DNA from: Rhizophagus irregularis | Lineage: Eukaryota | Assembly (NCBI RefSeq): GCF_026210795.1 | Contig: NC_089429.1 | Span: forward strand, 4,898,001 to 4,962,000 | Direction of reading: 5' to 3' | Length of the DNA stretch: 64,000 nucleotides | In this document: positions 40,046 to 53,358 of the stretch, in pieces | How positions within the stretch are numbered: the stretch's first letter is position 1 | Layout: the number at the start of each line of letters is the position of its first letter | Translations under genes and position numbers: made by a program | Notes under the pieces: generated by a model | The model's database searches: none | What the model saw: only the letters and a program-made list of their open reading frames with translations | What the model was told of the DNA's origin: nothing

Positions 40046-41160
40046 ATTTTGCAATTTTTAAGAATTTTTTATTGCGAAGTAATTCTATATTTATATTTAA
40101 AATGCCGATAAGATTCTTTACAAATGTTCCCATTCTCATTATTCTATGTCAAATCTAATAAACCACATAAGTGGCCAAAGGAATTGGCGTTGTTTATTTT
40201 CATGATCAATTAAAAATGCAGCGGAGGATACTAGGACAATAAGAAAATGTTTCTTTTGTTATCAAGTGAAACAAAATAATATGGCTAACTAAAGTTCTCT
40301 ATGTGTACCAGTCCCACGTTTTTTTATGCATCTAACACAGCTTGACTATGATCTTAGATAAATTTCTTATAAAAAGTAAATTTAGTTATATCAATCATAA
40401 TACACTAGAATTTATTTTAGAGCTTCATTTATTAGCTTTCGACTTTAATACAAATAAATCGTAATGTACGTTATGTAGTATTCAGAACAAGAAAAAAATA
40501 GATTTGCTTCAGAAGGAGCGGTAAATATTTCAAAAAAGCAGTTTTAACTAAATAAAAATTTTATTTTTATTTTATAGAAATATGAATCGGCGATTTATCA
40601 CCGTGGTTTTATTTATTTTTATTTATTTAATTATTTATTTTGTAATAGAAAAAAAATTTTTTTTTTTTGTAGAATATTAAAATGATCACACTTACCATAC
40701 ATTTTTTTTTTTTAAAAAAAAAATTACTAAAAGTACACAGATAATTATTCTTGTAAACAAGTATTATTCTTCAGTATCACGAGAAAAACATCGCGGTGCG
40801 CATAACGGGAGCGGCCGAGAAGGTCTCCCATCCTCTAGATATTTTATTTTATTTTTTACCATGTATAAATGAATAATAAATAAATAATTAATTAAATACT
40901 TAATTAAAGCTTCTTAATTGGTGTTTCATCTTTTTTTAGTGTTACAATTCTATGAAATTGTAACTTTAATTTTGTGTAAAATTTTTTTTTTTTTTTTAAT
41001 TATTAATATTTTAATCATATGATTCATAAATATAATAATAATAAAGCAGCTTGGAAATTAATGTTACACATAATAAACAAACCTGTCCTTCATAAAATTT
41101 ACATGTTACTAATAATTAGGGAGATGAACTTTATCCATCTTACGTTATTCTCCTTATATA

Positions 41161-41312
41161 TGTTGTATGTGGTTTCTGAATACCGGTTGGAAGTCGGATC
41201 TTGGCCAGCATTACGAAATCCTAGACCGGCACTATGCTTTAATTCTGGCCAACATCCCGTATCCACATGTGTGGATTCGGAATCCACATAGATTCCGTTT
41301 CCACCTACAACA
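41161..41312. mobile_element. Small MITE in a TA run
   Basis: TGTTGTATGTGG ... CCACCTACAACA flanked by TATATA; internal hairpin TGTGGATTCGGAATCCACA. Confidence 0.65.
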
Positions 41313-41316
41313 TATA

Positions 41317-41799
41317 TAGTGAAATTCGATAAACCGGATTTGGTCCTAAACCAGACTTTTTTGCTGGAACCAAATCACGTATATTAAAATATTTTCGATA
41401 TACGAGTTTACTAGTAAAGGCTCGAATATTCACTATAACCGTATAACGGATCAATTTTCTAACCAGCTATAGTAAAAATTATTCGATAAACCTTATCACG
41501 TGATTTGATACATTTGAAAACCAATTTGACCGAATCATTTTTTTTTTTAATAATATATTCGGCATTTAGTTTGGATATGCAAAATTTGGTTAATATAAAG
41601 AAAAAATTATTTCCAATAGTATTATTTAATTTATCAATACTAAAAACAACTAAAATTGAAAAAAATCTAGAGATTTTTTGATTTTTTAAGTTTTTAATTT
41701 TTGTTACGTCGCATAAAATTTGTTTTCGTTATACCGGATATCCCGATAAACCAGATATTATTAGTGCAACCGATAAATCCGGTTTATCGAATTTCACTG
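41317..41799. mobile_element. Tc1/mariner-pogo-like MITE
   Basis: 24-bp TIRs AGTGAAATTCGATAAACCGGATTT / AAATCCGGTTTATCGAATTTCACT. Confidence 0.85.
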
Positions 41800-43465
41800 T
41801 TACAGTGTACAAGTAATATAAAGTTGCCTTACATTCCGTACTTTACACAAATCACGTGATATGATCTTCTATTTATTTTATCGTCTTCATATTGCCGTGC
41901 GAGAAAAGCTGCCACCTTTTCCATGACAAGTGACGTTAAGTTAAATTAAATAAAATTAAGAACTTTATTAAATAAAATGTGTTGCTTGGTTTATTATTAC
42001 ATAAAAATATAAAACGCAAAATTTTTAGGTTATAAATATAAAATTTTATTGAGTTATAAATTATTATATTGTGAAAAATAATTCTAATGTAAAAATTTAA
42101 TGTCCAAATGTTGTCGATTTATATAACTAATTTAAGGGTACTTTATTTTAGGGTTATTAGCTTCTAGTTACATCATAATTTCTATTATTATTAATGTTTA
42201 TCACCATGTGGGTCTACAAGTTTCAGATTCGTTTCATGATAAAATGATCTTCATCACGTGATTAATTATTTCAATGAAGTGGGTTAATATTAGTGTTACT
42301 TAATTTACCACTACCTATATATTATGGTAAATTTATGACACTACATGAAAAATGAAAGTAAAAAAATTACAAATATATGCATGTTATGTTTATATTTTTT
42401 TATTGAGTATTTTGTACAATATCTTTATTATAATATTTTAATTGTTTAATGTATACAAATAAGAAGCTACCCTATAAAATGAAATGTATTAAATTTGTTT
42501 TATATTTGTGTTCATGTGTTAAAACTTCTAAAAAGGCACAAGTTTGTCTGATTTATGACTTATTATAAAAGAACAAAAATTAAATAAAATGGTGCTGTCT
42601 TATATATTTATTTATACACATGAGCACAAATATAAAACATGTTTAACACATCTCATTTTTATAGAGCTATTATTATCATATATATATATATATATCACTA
42701 TATTATTTAATTTTCTTTTAAATAACTCTTTCTTTAAAGATAACTTTTCTTTTAAAATCTTATTTCTCTCAAAAGGATCTAAAGGCAAAAGGACTTACTT
42801 GATTGTATACTTTCATGCGTTAAATGTAGGAAAATGTTTTTGAAAAAAAATATAGGAAAACATATACCTAAAATTCTTCAGTTTTAGGTCTTTTTTGCTG
42901 GAAATTTTTAAGTTCAGATAAGTAAAATATAGAATAGGAGTTTCTATTATTTCTTTTAAAATTTTCTTGCATTAAGAATAAAATAATATTTTTTTATATT
43001 GTGTAAGATCTTGCTGGGAACTCATACATCTTTTGTTATAAAAAAATAAAATAAATTGAAATGACTGAGCGTCTTCTATCGATTGAAGATCATTGAGGAA
43101 AAAAGGTGGTTTTCAGCCCGCTTGTTAATCATCATAATAAGAAATCTCTCGAACTTTTTGACCAATCAGATCACATCGGTCTATCAATTGAGGTGCTTGA
43201 GAACGCCCAAAATCGATAGTTTTGGAATTTAGCCATCATTAATAAAAACTTATCATACTTATTGTTATGGGTATTATGTCATTATTTTCCCTTGTTATAC
43301 TTGCTATAGCATAATTATCACAACGTTTTGGGACGCGTTTATTTTGCTATGACGCGTTACGCTATCATAGATGACGAAATGTATTCAATTTTTACTATGT
43401 AGAATCACACTTTTTTAATAAATATTTGTTTTAATAGAGAATATTATTAAATTTTGGAAACTTAT

Positions 43466-43621
43466 TCCCTCCACAGGTTTATTTTTCGACACCAGGGTGG
43501 CGCTGTCAGATTTGGCGGTTTGGTACACGATTTAATTTAGAATTACTTTAGGCTTACGAATAGTTTGTCCCTGTAATTTGTATCGTGACTTTGTTCACAT
43601 GGAAATTAAAAATAAAAATAA
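43466..43621 (+). mobile_element. 5'-truncated non-LTR retroelement (3' UTR + (TAAAAA)n tail)
   Basis: 17-bp TSD AAATTTTGGAAACTTAT at 43449 and 43622; similar to 50785-50895. Confidence 0.85.
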
Positions 43622-43686
43622 AAATTTTGGAAACTTATATGTAGAGGGAGGCTGCGCCATTCCACAAAAAAATTTTTTGGATTTTT

Positions 43687-43882
43687 CCATGTAAAAAATT
43701 TTATTCGTTACTTCTGTAAAATCTCCATAAAAATGAGCCTTTCACGGATCCATTCACGGAAAATGTAAATAATTTGATAAATTCCGTAATATTAAGGTTA
43801 TTAATTCCATTAATTCCGGAGATTTGAGCCTTTTACGGAAAAAAGATGGAATATAAAAAACGGATTAACTTTTTCTACAGGG
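43687..43882. mobile_element. CCC-terminated MITE, inverted relative of 37652..37820
   Basis: ATGAGCCTTTCACGGAT is the reverse complement of ATCCGTGAAAGGCTCAT (~37758); right end TTTTCTACAGGG. Confidence 0.7.
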
Positions 43883-44916
43883 TTATTTTTTCGTATTGAA
43901 TCGAAATTTTTTAATGTTTGATTGGATAAACTCGTTATTAAACATCCGGTTGAAATTTCATGTAAGATAACTTATTAAAATGATAAAGGTGAAGCCTTCC
44001 GCAATTTATTCTTCATATTTGAGGCACAGTAGTGAATTTTTTTTTTTACCAACGTTTTTATAGATTACGCAGTAGCGAACACACCCAATTCGTTAGATAA
44101 AGATAAAAGTACGTTTGTCACATAATTAATTGAGTTATTTTTAACTTCGTCAAATATAAAAGTATATAATTAAGGTAATTTTTAATTTCGTCAAATATAA
44201 ACGTACACTTAGGTAAATTTTAATTTCGTCATAATATACTATCGTCTAATAATAATGGAGATACTCTTAAAATGTAAAATTATGAAAATATTTTTAAAAT
44301 GCTGTTGGCCATTGCGCGCGCAGCAACTTAAAAACTTGAATAACCAAATACTACAAGTCTACAATTACAACCGTTTAATCATTTCTTTTGCTAAATCAAA
44401 ATATTTTCACAAGTCATTCCCATCAATACCACATCTACAACCCTACTATTAAATAAAAGTCCATAGCAACTTGTTCAATACTCATATTTTCATCTTTCAA
44501 TTCTTCAATATTAAGTTTTTCAATTAAATAATTTCTAACAGCTTGTGATCCACGGTATCTTACTTTGGCTTCAAAAGCATCCAAAAATGGCCTTAATACC
44601 GTATCTCCTCGAAACTGTCCAATAGAGGAATAAACTTTGAAGAACAAAAAATTAGTATTCGTCATATTACAAATACCGTAAGTTTTAAGTAAGTTTTATA
44701 ATACTGTAAGCTTATAAGTAAGTTTATGCATTACCTGCTATACGATAATTTTCCCATTCAAATACATTTTTAATGAGAGGAATCCATTTGTTTAACTAAA
44801 TCTAGAATAGAATGAATTGACTTTGACTCCCCTCCTGACTTAACGTTTCGAGATAAGATACTATGGAGGATTTAACAGTTTCATAATTTGCTTTAGGATA
44901 ACTTGCCAAACGAAAG

Positions 44917-45115
44917 CCCTATAAAAAATTTTTATCCGAATATTTCCATTATTTCTCCGTGTCTTCCGTAAAAATTCCGTGAAAATGATACATTCACGGA
45001 TATCCGTGTTAGCGAGATGAAAATTTCCATGATTTAAGGCTATAAATTCCATTAAAATGATACATTCACGGAAAAAACATGGAAAGATAAAACACGGATC
45101 AGATTTTTTACAGGG
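44917..45115. mobile_element. CCC-terminated MITE with 3-bp TSD, inside an AKR exon
   Basis: CCCTATAAAAAAT ... ATTTTTTACAGGG with AAG duplication; removal restores NRPLNVFNLDGALRLASYPK. Confidence 0.85.
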
Positions 45116-45407
45116 AAGGCACCATCTAAATTAAAAACATTAAGAGGTCTATTAATAATAAACACCTTTAAGAAAAAAAGGATGGCAAATAAAAAAGATT
45201 AATGTCTCAATTTATATAATTTATTATATTAAATAAATAATAGGCTTTAATTACTTTTAATCCGTTTTGATTTGCCCATTTTACAACGGTTTTAACCCGT
45301 ATCTTTCCAATAAATTGATAGACATCTGTACAGCAGTAAATCCATGATTTTCAGTTTTTCTTACGCGGTTTGAAGCTTCCTTTGCACGATCACAATCGAC
45401 TAGATCA

Positions 45408-45934
45408 TAGGGATGATCACGGTTCACTAACCGATGACTCGAACCTGAGCCGGTTCATAGGCGGTTCGGTTCGGTTCGGTTCGGTTCGCGAGTGAACCGG
45501 GTGAACCATCGACTCAATTGATTTTTTATAGTATTTTAGATCATCTAATTAATGATAGTCAAAATCTAATATTGCTTACCAAAGCTAATTTTAGATTTCC
45601 AAAACTAAAACACTTGGCTGAAACTCTGGTCGAAACTTCCGAAACTGGCCGAAATTACCAAAACTTAGCCGAAACTTCCGAAATTTAGCCAAAGCTACCG
45701 AAATTATCTGTAAATCACGTGACATGCCATTTTTGAATGTTTGTGTAACACATTTTCGGTTTTTGTAAGAAACAAGATTTCCTTTTTTGGAAATTAGTGT
45801 AACATCACGTGACATTAGTTAACTCCGGCCAGAATTACAGAATTTAGCCGTGAGCACCCGGTTCACTCACGAACCGAACCGAGCCGAACTGCCTATGAAC
45901 CGAACCGGCTCGGTTCGAACCATGAGCATCCCTA
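45408..45934. mobile_element. hAT-like MITE inside an AKR exon
   Basis: TIRs TAGGGATGATCACGGTTC / GAACCATGAGCATCCCTA; 8-bp TSD CTAGATCA/TTAGATCA; GGTTC/GAACC subterminal repeats. Confidence 0.88.
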
Positions 45935-46289
45935 TTAGATCATAAAAAGGAAAAAGTGTTTATCATCTTCAGCTAAAGAAAAACTGTTGGAGCTAATGCC
46001 ATAAGATAATATCTGCCCCTTTTGAATTGCTTCTTCCATTGTTTCAAATGATTGACTGATTCGATCCAACATTTGATTTTGATATCCTATTATAATAAAA
46101 AAGATAAATAATATTGTGGATAAATATAATACTACTCCAAAGTTTTTATATAACAATCAAACCTTTCACATTTTCATTTGAAGATTTAATTTTATCCATA
46201 AGAAAATATTCTGGATTATGAATGAACAAGATATCAACACGATAAGCTGCGGGATCCCTATGAAAAATTAAAAAAGGTTATAAATATAA

Positions 46290-46580
46290 TTCACTCTCAT
46301 TTTTAGTTTGCTCTTAATTTAATCTCAAATTAGTTTGCTCTTATTTACTCTCAAATTTAATTTGTTCTTATTTACTCTTAATTACTTAATTTACTACGCT
46401 CTCACTTTAATTTGTTCTTAATTACCCTCAATTTTTATTCTCGATTTACTCCCACTTTAACTCTCAATTCAACTCGTAATTCACTACCACTCACTTAATT
46501 CGCTTTCAATTTATTCTCATTACTCTCAGTTAATTCACATAATTTACTCTCAATTTAATTTATTACTCTAAATTTATTCG
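46290..46580. repeat. Degenerate short tandem repeat (TTTACTCTCAATTTAA-like) in a probable AKR intron
   Basis: Repeated ACTCTC/TTTAAT motifs between two AKR exon segments. Confidence 0.6.
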
Positions 46581-47760
46581 TACCTCATAAATTCTGGATG
46601 GATGCAATGGAAACAATTAGGAGAATAACGTACGATATGTTCATCTGGAATATTCTAGTAACCATAATCTAATTAATTTCCATCATTACCTTTTTTTAAA
46701 AAAAAAAAAATTCGTAACTTCACCATTCTGATACAAAGTCATATTATTTCGAATGTACCCATATTTAGTTGCAAGACATTGTTTCAGAACGTGGTAAAAG
46801 TTTATCATTAGAACTCGTTAAAACTTTTCCAACTAAACTTTCACTTTCTCCTTCGCAATAATTGGTCGGAGTGTTAATTACATTTATATCAGTTTCCTTA
46901 CTTAAAGCTTTACATAGAGCATTTTCTTCCTAAACACATACGGTACATTCCAATACCGACACGCGATAATTTTTCAATAGCCATAATTGATGAAATTTAA
47001 TGAAGAAAGAAAAAAAGTTATAAAGTTAAAAAAGCTTATGATTTTTGGTAATGAAATCGTTTATTTTAAAATTCCCACATTTCCTTTATTTGTTTGATCA
47101 TGTTTACATCAGAAGTAATTATATTTACATATTATTTACATTTTTAACCCTATTTATATACAGAAATTCTACGTTATTTTTTTTTTAAAAAAAAAAGACG
47201 TTCTGAAGAAAAAGTAATAGTCGATTTTAACTTTCATGGAAAATTTCGCTCCAGAATGTACTTTTGAGTACATTATTTCTAATGTTGGAAATCTCTCATC
47301 AGAGGTTTATATACTGTACGTTAAATTTTGCGAACTTTATTGGCAAATGGAATTTGCTCAAGTATATTCCTTTTTATGAGCTTTGAGTTCTGGTTTCAAT
47401 AAAAAAAAAATTGGGCGAATTTAATGCATTAGTTAATGCTAAAATTTTTGTATGATCGATAAATGATCGGCAAATTCAGTCAAATGAATATAACTTGTCG
47501 ATCATTTCATTGATTTTTTGATAAACATTTTTTATTTAAAAAATGAAGTATGGTAAAATAATTTCTATTTAAAATCTGATTTATTTGATAAATCATAAAA
47601 TATTTCAATCAAATTTTTCCAAAAATTCATGTAATTTTTAGATCAAGTACAATTCAGCGGTTAATTATTTAAAAATTAACTTTATATAGGAGGATATTTT
47701 CGTAACGATTATTGAAATTTACGGTTGCCTACTGACGGTACTGTATATGTTTATTTGATT

Positions 47761-49538
47761 TTATATTAAAATATTTTCCCCATTACTTGTATTATTAAAG
47801 TCATCAACTAAAATAAAAAAAAAAATTAAAGTCAATTTATATTAATTTAGTGCTAAAATACCTACCATCATTGGGAATGTTAAAACTATAAGGTCTACTA
47901 TGAAATGCTGTAAAATTATCAAAGTGATCAAACAATTTAAGTTAGATATTGTATTAAAATATTAACAAATTATTGCATATACCTTCTTGTTCTTCTATTT
48001 TATAATTTTATTAAATGAAAAATAAAAAATGTTAGTATATTCTTTAACGTAATATAATATTCCAAAATAATATTAATAATTTTACCTTCTGTTGCATTTT
48101 TCGGTTCAGGAAAATTTTCAAATCTGTAAATTTTATTAGTATAATTTTTGTTCATAGAATCAATAGAATTATGTAAATAGTAATTATTTAATATTTGATG
48201 ATTTTGATCGGAACTTATTTGCTTTTGGCTCTCATCTTGATTGCTTTGAAAATCTAATAATAATTGCTTAATTTCACTCATTAATGTATAAGTATTAGGT
48301 CTTTTCGTTAAATCAGCATCCCAACACTGTTCCATTAATTTTTTATATTCCAAAGGAGTTCCTGGTACTATTTTTGGTCTCATTCCATTTACAATATTCA
48401 TTGCAAGATCATAATTATGTTCATAATTGACAAATGGTGGTTTTCCAGATGATATTTCCCACATAAGTATACCTATACTATAAATATCAGATTTAAAACT
48501 AGTCTTTTTCTCAATAATTACTTCTGGTGCTATATAAGGAAGATTTCCATATATACTATTTAATGGCTTATCAACAGGTCCACAAAATCCAAGATCACTA
48601 ATATGAAATCTTTCATTATATTCTAAGATATTTCCAGAATGCAAATCACGATGAATTTCTTTTTCTCCATGAATTCTGTAAATTCCATCTATTATATCAT
48701 AAGCAATTTGTATCCTTTCTTTCCATATAAGTCGATTATGGTTTTGTTTCAGGTATGTTCCTAAATCCATTTCCATTTCATTCATTACAAGCATATAATT
48801 TGCACTTAATGGATCTTTTGTTAAACCAAAACATTGTACCACACCTGCCCATTTATTACTTATAGTTAAATGAGATATGCTCTATAAAAATATATATAAT
48901 TATTAACTAATTTCAAAAATAATAATACAATATTTTTAATTACATACCTCTTCAAACCAACTTCTATTAGCATTTTCAACATTCTCTAACTCTTTAAGTA
49001 TTACATCATGATTTCCGTATCTTGTTAATTGTTTTTCTTTAAAATCCCATTCATAATATCCTCCACCTATCCATTCTGCTGTATAAATAACAGAACATCC
49101 ACCTTTAGTTAAATATTTAACATTTTGTATTTTATTGTATGGGATCCATTCAACTATCATATCCGGTCTAAATGTTTTCATCTGACATTTTTGTATTAAA
49201 TTATCAATGTCATTATTTCCAGATGTCCAATTTGAAAAATTTTCTTTTAAATAATTTCGAACGCAATGTTCACAATATAATGTAGCTAAACATTCATCTT
49301 GACAATGTTCACAAATTCTTTTTGTTCCTTCATTAAAAAGAATTTTATGGTTATCATAATCTTTAGTTAATAATTTTATTACTTTAGATATTTCATCTTT
49401 TGTAAGAGATTCATCAGCAAGAACAGTTTGTTTTTTAAATTTATGTTGTTTTTCTAGATCATTATGAATAGTATAATTCAATAATGAATATGTTCTATTA
49501 AGAGCAGCCCAAACAACGTCGTCTCGAATATCAGTCAT
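47761..49538 (-). CDS. Multi-exon protein kinase (tyrosine-kinase-like group) with N-terminal CxxC-x-CxxC region
   Basis: KGGCSVIY, VILKEL, HRDLHSGNIL, SDLGFC, YIAPE, SDIYSIG motifs. GT-AG intron 48882-48947 joins the two ORFs in frame. Further small exons (EEQE/AFHSRPY/DDFNN) run to TAA at 47761. Confidence 0.9.
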
Positions 49539-50207
49539 AATTTTTTTTTTTCAGTTTTGTATGAAAAGGAATATTTAAAATTTTGAAATGAAAAAGTTGA
49601 CACGGATTCCTAATTCCGAAATTATACAAATATATTAAATCCTGGACGAGCTAGACAAAAAAGGCAGCTTATAAAGACTGCGTTCTAAAGTCCAGGTTTG
49701 ACAAAAGATCAGCTTAGTGCTGAAAAGATCAGTTTACTGATGCATATTCACATGATTTTAAGTCATTTGGCATAATTTTTCAAAAAAAAAAAAAATTTTG
49801 AAGAGAATTTCATTAGAGAATTTTGTAGGAGAATTTTCTTGATATGATGCCGGAAGTCTATACTCGACAATAAAAATGTAACACTTAAAATCTTTCAACT
49901 CCTTAGAAAAATACAATAATAAACCAGTAACTTTGAGATAAGCTCTATAAATTATTGGTCAGCCATGTAAAAGTTATAAGCATTTGAAATTGCATGATTT
50001 TCATATGATCAGCCCAAATTTGAAACAAAATAAAGTTGGCCAGAACTTATGATAATTCGGGCCGACTCCATGCATTGTGATAATGCCAGCCCGAATTATC
50101 ATAAATCTGAATGTAATTTTTTGATCACATGATATAGAATCTAAAAATCACGTGATTGTCGAGTCTCATTTTATTGGTAATTTTAATATAGTAATATTTT
50201 TTTGGCG

Positions 50208-50896
50208 CCTAACAACTATCTTATATAATTATACACCGAAAAAGAAAAAACGTTTCAAAATTTTTATAGATTTTATGCTCGACATTATGGAAAAAATTGA
50301 CGCCTCCATTTGGAATCTTCGTAACCAACACGTTAAGGATTGGGAACGATATCACTCCATTTCCAAGGTCAAAAAGACGAAGACATTGATCTATTTTGGA
50401 TCAGACCACCTTAATCGAGGATAATAACCAATGCAATATGCGACGCATTTATACTCATCGACATGTCACAACCACACCATATAGTCGCATGGTAGATTTT
50501 ATGACAATTGCGCCCATATTAGATGGACATCTAGTAATTATTACATTTGGGTTTTAGGCAACCCATCGAGATCGAATTTGGTTCGATAATATAGATTTAT
50601 TTTACTTCTTTATCATATAATATTATAGGAAATAATTTAGATGTTAGATGACATTTTTATGTTTTTAGTTAGTTTTTTTTTATTCTTCCGGGTTGGCTAG
50701 TGAGTTTTGGGCGTGGTCTTGGATCCCTCCCGTCTCGCTCCTCTTCAAGGTCAGAAGTTATCGTCTGTCCGGGTGTGTTGGGCTTGCGGTTTGATTGTTA
50801 GTGATAGAATTACTTTCGGCTCAAAATATTTGTTGTCCTTGTAATTTGTACTACAATTTGGTTCCTTCTTAAACATAAAAATAAAAATAAAAATAT
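50208..50896 (+). mobile_element. 5'-truncated LINE 3' end (decayed ORF tail + 3' UTR + (TAAAAA)n)
   Basis: TATTTTTTTGGCG-type duplication at 50195 and 50897; IWNLRNQHVKDWE and WTSSN peptides; UTR shared with 43466 copy. Confidence 0.75.
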
Positions 50897-51249
50897 TATT
50901 TTTTTTGGCGGAGAATTTTTCCTTAATAAGAGATTTTTCTTGCTTTGATAAAAATTTATATTAGAAAATTGTTCTGTTTTTTTTTGATAGAATTTCGTTG
51001 GAGAATTTTGTGAGTTTTTAAATTTTCAATAAGAAATTTTATAATAGAAAATTTCATTAGAAAAAAATTATTTTTCAACGAGAATTTTGTTTTAGCTGAA
51101 AATTTTTTCAACAAACTTTATATAAATTTGAATAATTTTTTATAAACCTTTTAATGAATATTATAAATAAATTGTTTAGTAAATTTACTTAGTATTTACT
51201 ATTATAATGTTTAGATTTTATCTTGATTTTAGTTTCAGAATCTTTTTAT

Positions 51250-51454
51250 ATGGTTGGTCTTAACATCTCGTCCGGGTCAGTTTTTGTAAAACTTTGAAAA
51301 ATTTAAAAATTGAAAAATTTTTTTTTGTTTTTTTTGTATTTTTTAAAGAGGTCATGTAAAATTTTCTATTATAAAAAACAAAAAATAAAAACAGTCCCCG
51401 AGTCGATTCTAAATTTTCAATGTTATGTGAACCGAAAAATCAAATTGCGTGGCC
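51250..51454. mobile_element. Degenerate copy of the 7453 PIF/Harbinger MITE family
   Basis: AAATTTTCAATGTTATGTGAACCGAAAAATCAAATTGCGTGGCC matches 7715-7758; left end eroded. Confidence 0.6.
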
Positions 51455-51553
51455 TTAAATTAAATATTCACTTTTTTTCATCAATCACATGAAGGTTGGT
51501 AATACATTTCTTAAAGAGATACTACTAATCATTATTTACTGAATACATCTATA

Positions 51554-51703
51554 CAGTGAAATTTGATACACCGATAATGGATCATAAGTAGAAATCTTGA
51601 TATATTGGAATTGGGTCTGGAATGGATTATCATAACGTATAATTAAGATTTTTGACAAATTTTACTAATGGAACGGATGGTTCCATTATATCGAATTTCA
51701 CTG
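51554..51703. mobile_element. Tc1/pogo-like MITE
   Basis: TA|CAGTGAAATTTGATA ... TATCGAATTTCACTG; same termini as the 41317 element. Confidence 0.75.
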
Positions 51704-51793
51704 TGTACCTACCCTATATACATGCTGTCGGAATATAATCACAGTTTACAGTAGAATATGCCATAATGTCGTAATTTTATACCAAATACTGTA

Positions 51794-52222
51794 CAGTCGA
51801 CTCTGGTTATAACAAACCTGTTTGTACCGAAACCTCGTTATACCAAATCATAATTTCCAGAACCGATTTTTTATAAATAATTTCACTGGGTATAACGAAC
51901 TTTTATAATAAAACACTATATAACGCCGAACCGAACTTAACCAGCCCCTATATATCAGCTATATAGTAACTTTATACTTTCTATAATGAACGGTCATGTG
52001 ACTATATAGTAGTCCAGGCCAAATTTATAGTGCTGGCCAGGAATTACTGGTAATTTTTTCGAAAATTTATGTTAAAGGAAATTATAATTTTGGCCAGCAT
52101 TACAAATTTGGCCTAAATTACCTATAAAGAAAACTAGTTCGGTAAATTATATAACGAATTCACTATATGATACCGAACTAAACCTCCTGGAACGGAGGGA
52201 TCGTTATACCAAGAGTTGACTG
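51794..52222. mobile_element. Tc1/pogo-like MITE with nested inverted-repeat module (~52005-52125)
   Basis: TA|CAGTCGACTCTGGTTATAAC ... GTTATACCAAGAGTTGACTG|TA. Confidence 0.85.
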
Positions 52223-52699
52223 TAATCATAAAAAACCATATGTCGTAATTGTTTAAAATGCCAATGCCATAATATATTTTCAAAGAAACTCATGCAGCCT
52301 GATTTCGTGATTCAAAAATTGTAATAGTTCAATAATTCAATTTTTGGATGCTAAAAAAATGAAAAAAGGAACCGTAAACAACTATAACTTTATTAAGCGT
52401 CTTCCAACTATTCACTTTATGGGAGGAATATTTGGTATCAATGTGAAATTCATTCTTATTCTAATTAAAATAGCGATACTAAGTGCGAAATTTCACCTTT
52501 TAAGATTCAGAATAATATCTCACTATTTGTTAATCAATATTTGATATCTTTGTAAATGTGACAACAAAAGTATATTGGATTGAGTTCAAGTTTTAAAGAC
52601 CCTTGGTTGATTCAATTATATCAGAAGTTTGAATATTTATGATGGCCCTTTATTGGCAAGAACATTTAATTTAAAAATATTCGCTTATCATTGAAGTTA

Positions 52700-53110
52700 C
52701 GATGTTCGTTAGAACAAGATTAAAAACCAAAATATAACAGTACATAGAGATTACTTGATTGTTGTAGTATATTACAAACTTTTTGTAATTGAGGTGAAAG
52801 AAAACTATTAAAATATAATTTCATTTCCAATAATTAATTTTTCTATTATTCAATTAATAATTATGCTGGATTGGTGATTATCTATTAAAGTTTTCAATAT
52901 TTTTATTTTGTACATATAGGTAAATCTCGTAACTCCGCATATGAAACTCGACCTTCAAAATAAAAATTTATTAATTATTGATCATTATCGATCAAAAATT
53001 CGCACAGTAAATTTTTTGATTTCAGGCGAATAAAGGATAAGATTATGTTTGGGATGAATCAATTAAGTCTGGATCGAATTATATTATTAAAGATAACAGG
53101 AATGTTGAGT
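52700..53110 (+). pseudogene. Ancient, heavily deleted BTB-SPRY relic
   Basis: TTAGAACAAGATT (52709) and GATTATGTTTGGGATGAATC...ATTATTAAAGATAAC (53041-53097) in family order. Confidence 0.6.
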
Positions 53111-53358
53111 AGTTTCATCATTATGTAGTACTAAATGATATAGAAAAAGCGGCATCGAATTTATTTATACAGTTTGTATGTTTAATTCCGGTCTTTATTA
53201 AAAAAAAATCAATAAATTTTTAATAAATATAGCAACTAAACTTGATCAATATTAAAATCATGAATTTAAGGTTACACAATCGTCATAATATGATATTAAT
53301 TAAGGATTCGACTTCAAACTTTAAATTTTACTGCTTTTCTTATTATTTACAATAAACA

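Larger units (their letters stand above)
44435..46985 (-). pseudogene. Intron-containing aldo/keto reductase-family pseudogene disrupted by two MITEs
   Basis: Minus-strand segments read TNYCEGESESLVG, HCIHPEF, VDILFIHNPEY, MEEAIQKGQILSYGISSN, HGFTAVQMSINLLE and INRPLN in AKR order, with frameshifts. Confidence 0.8.
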
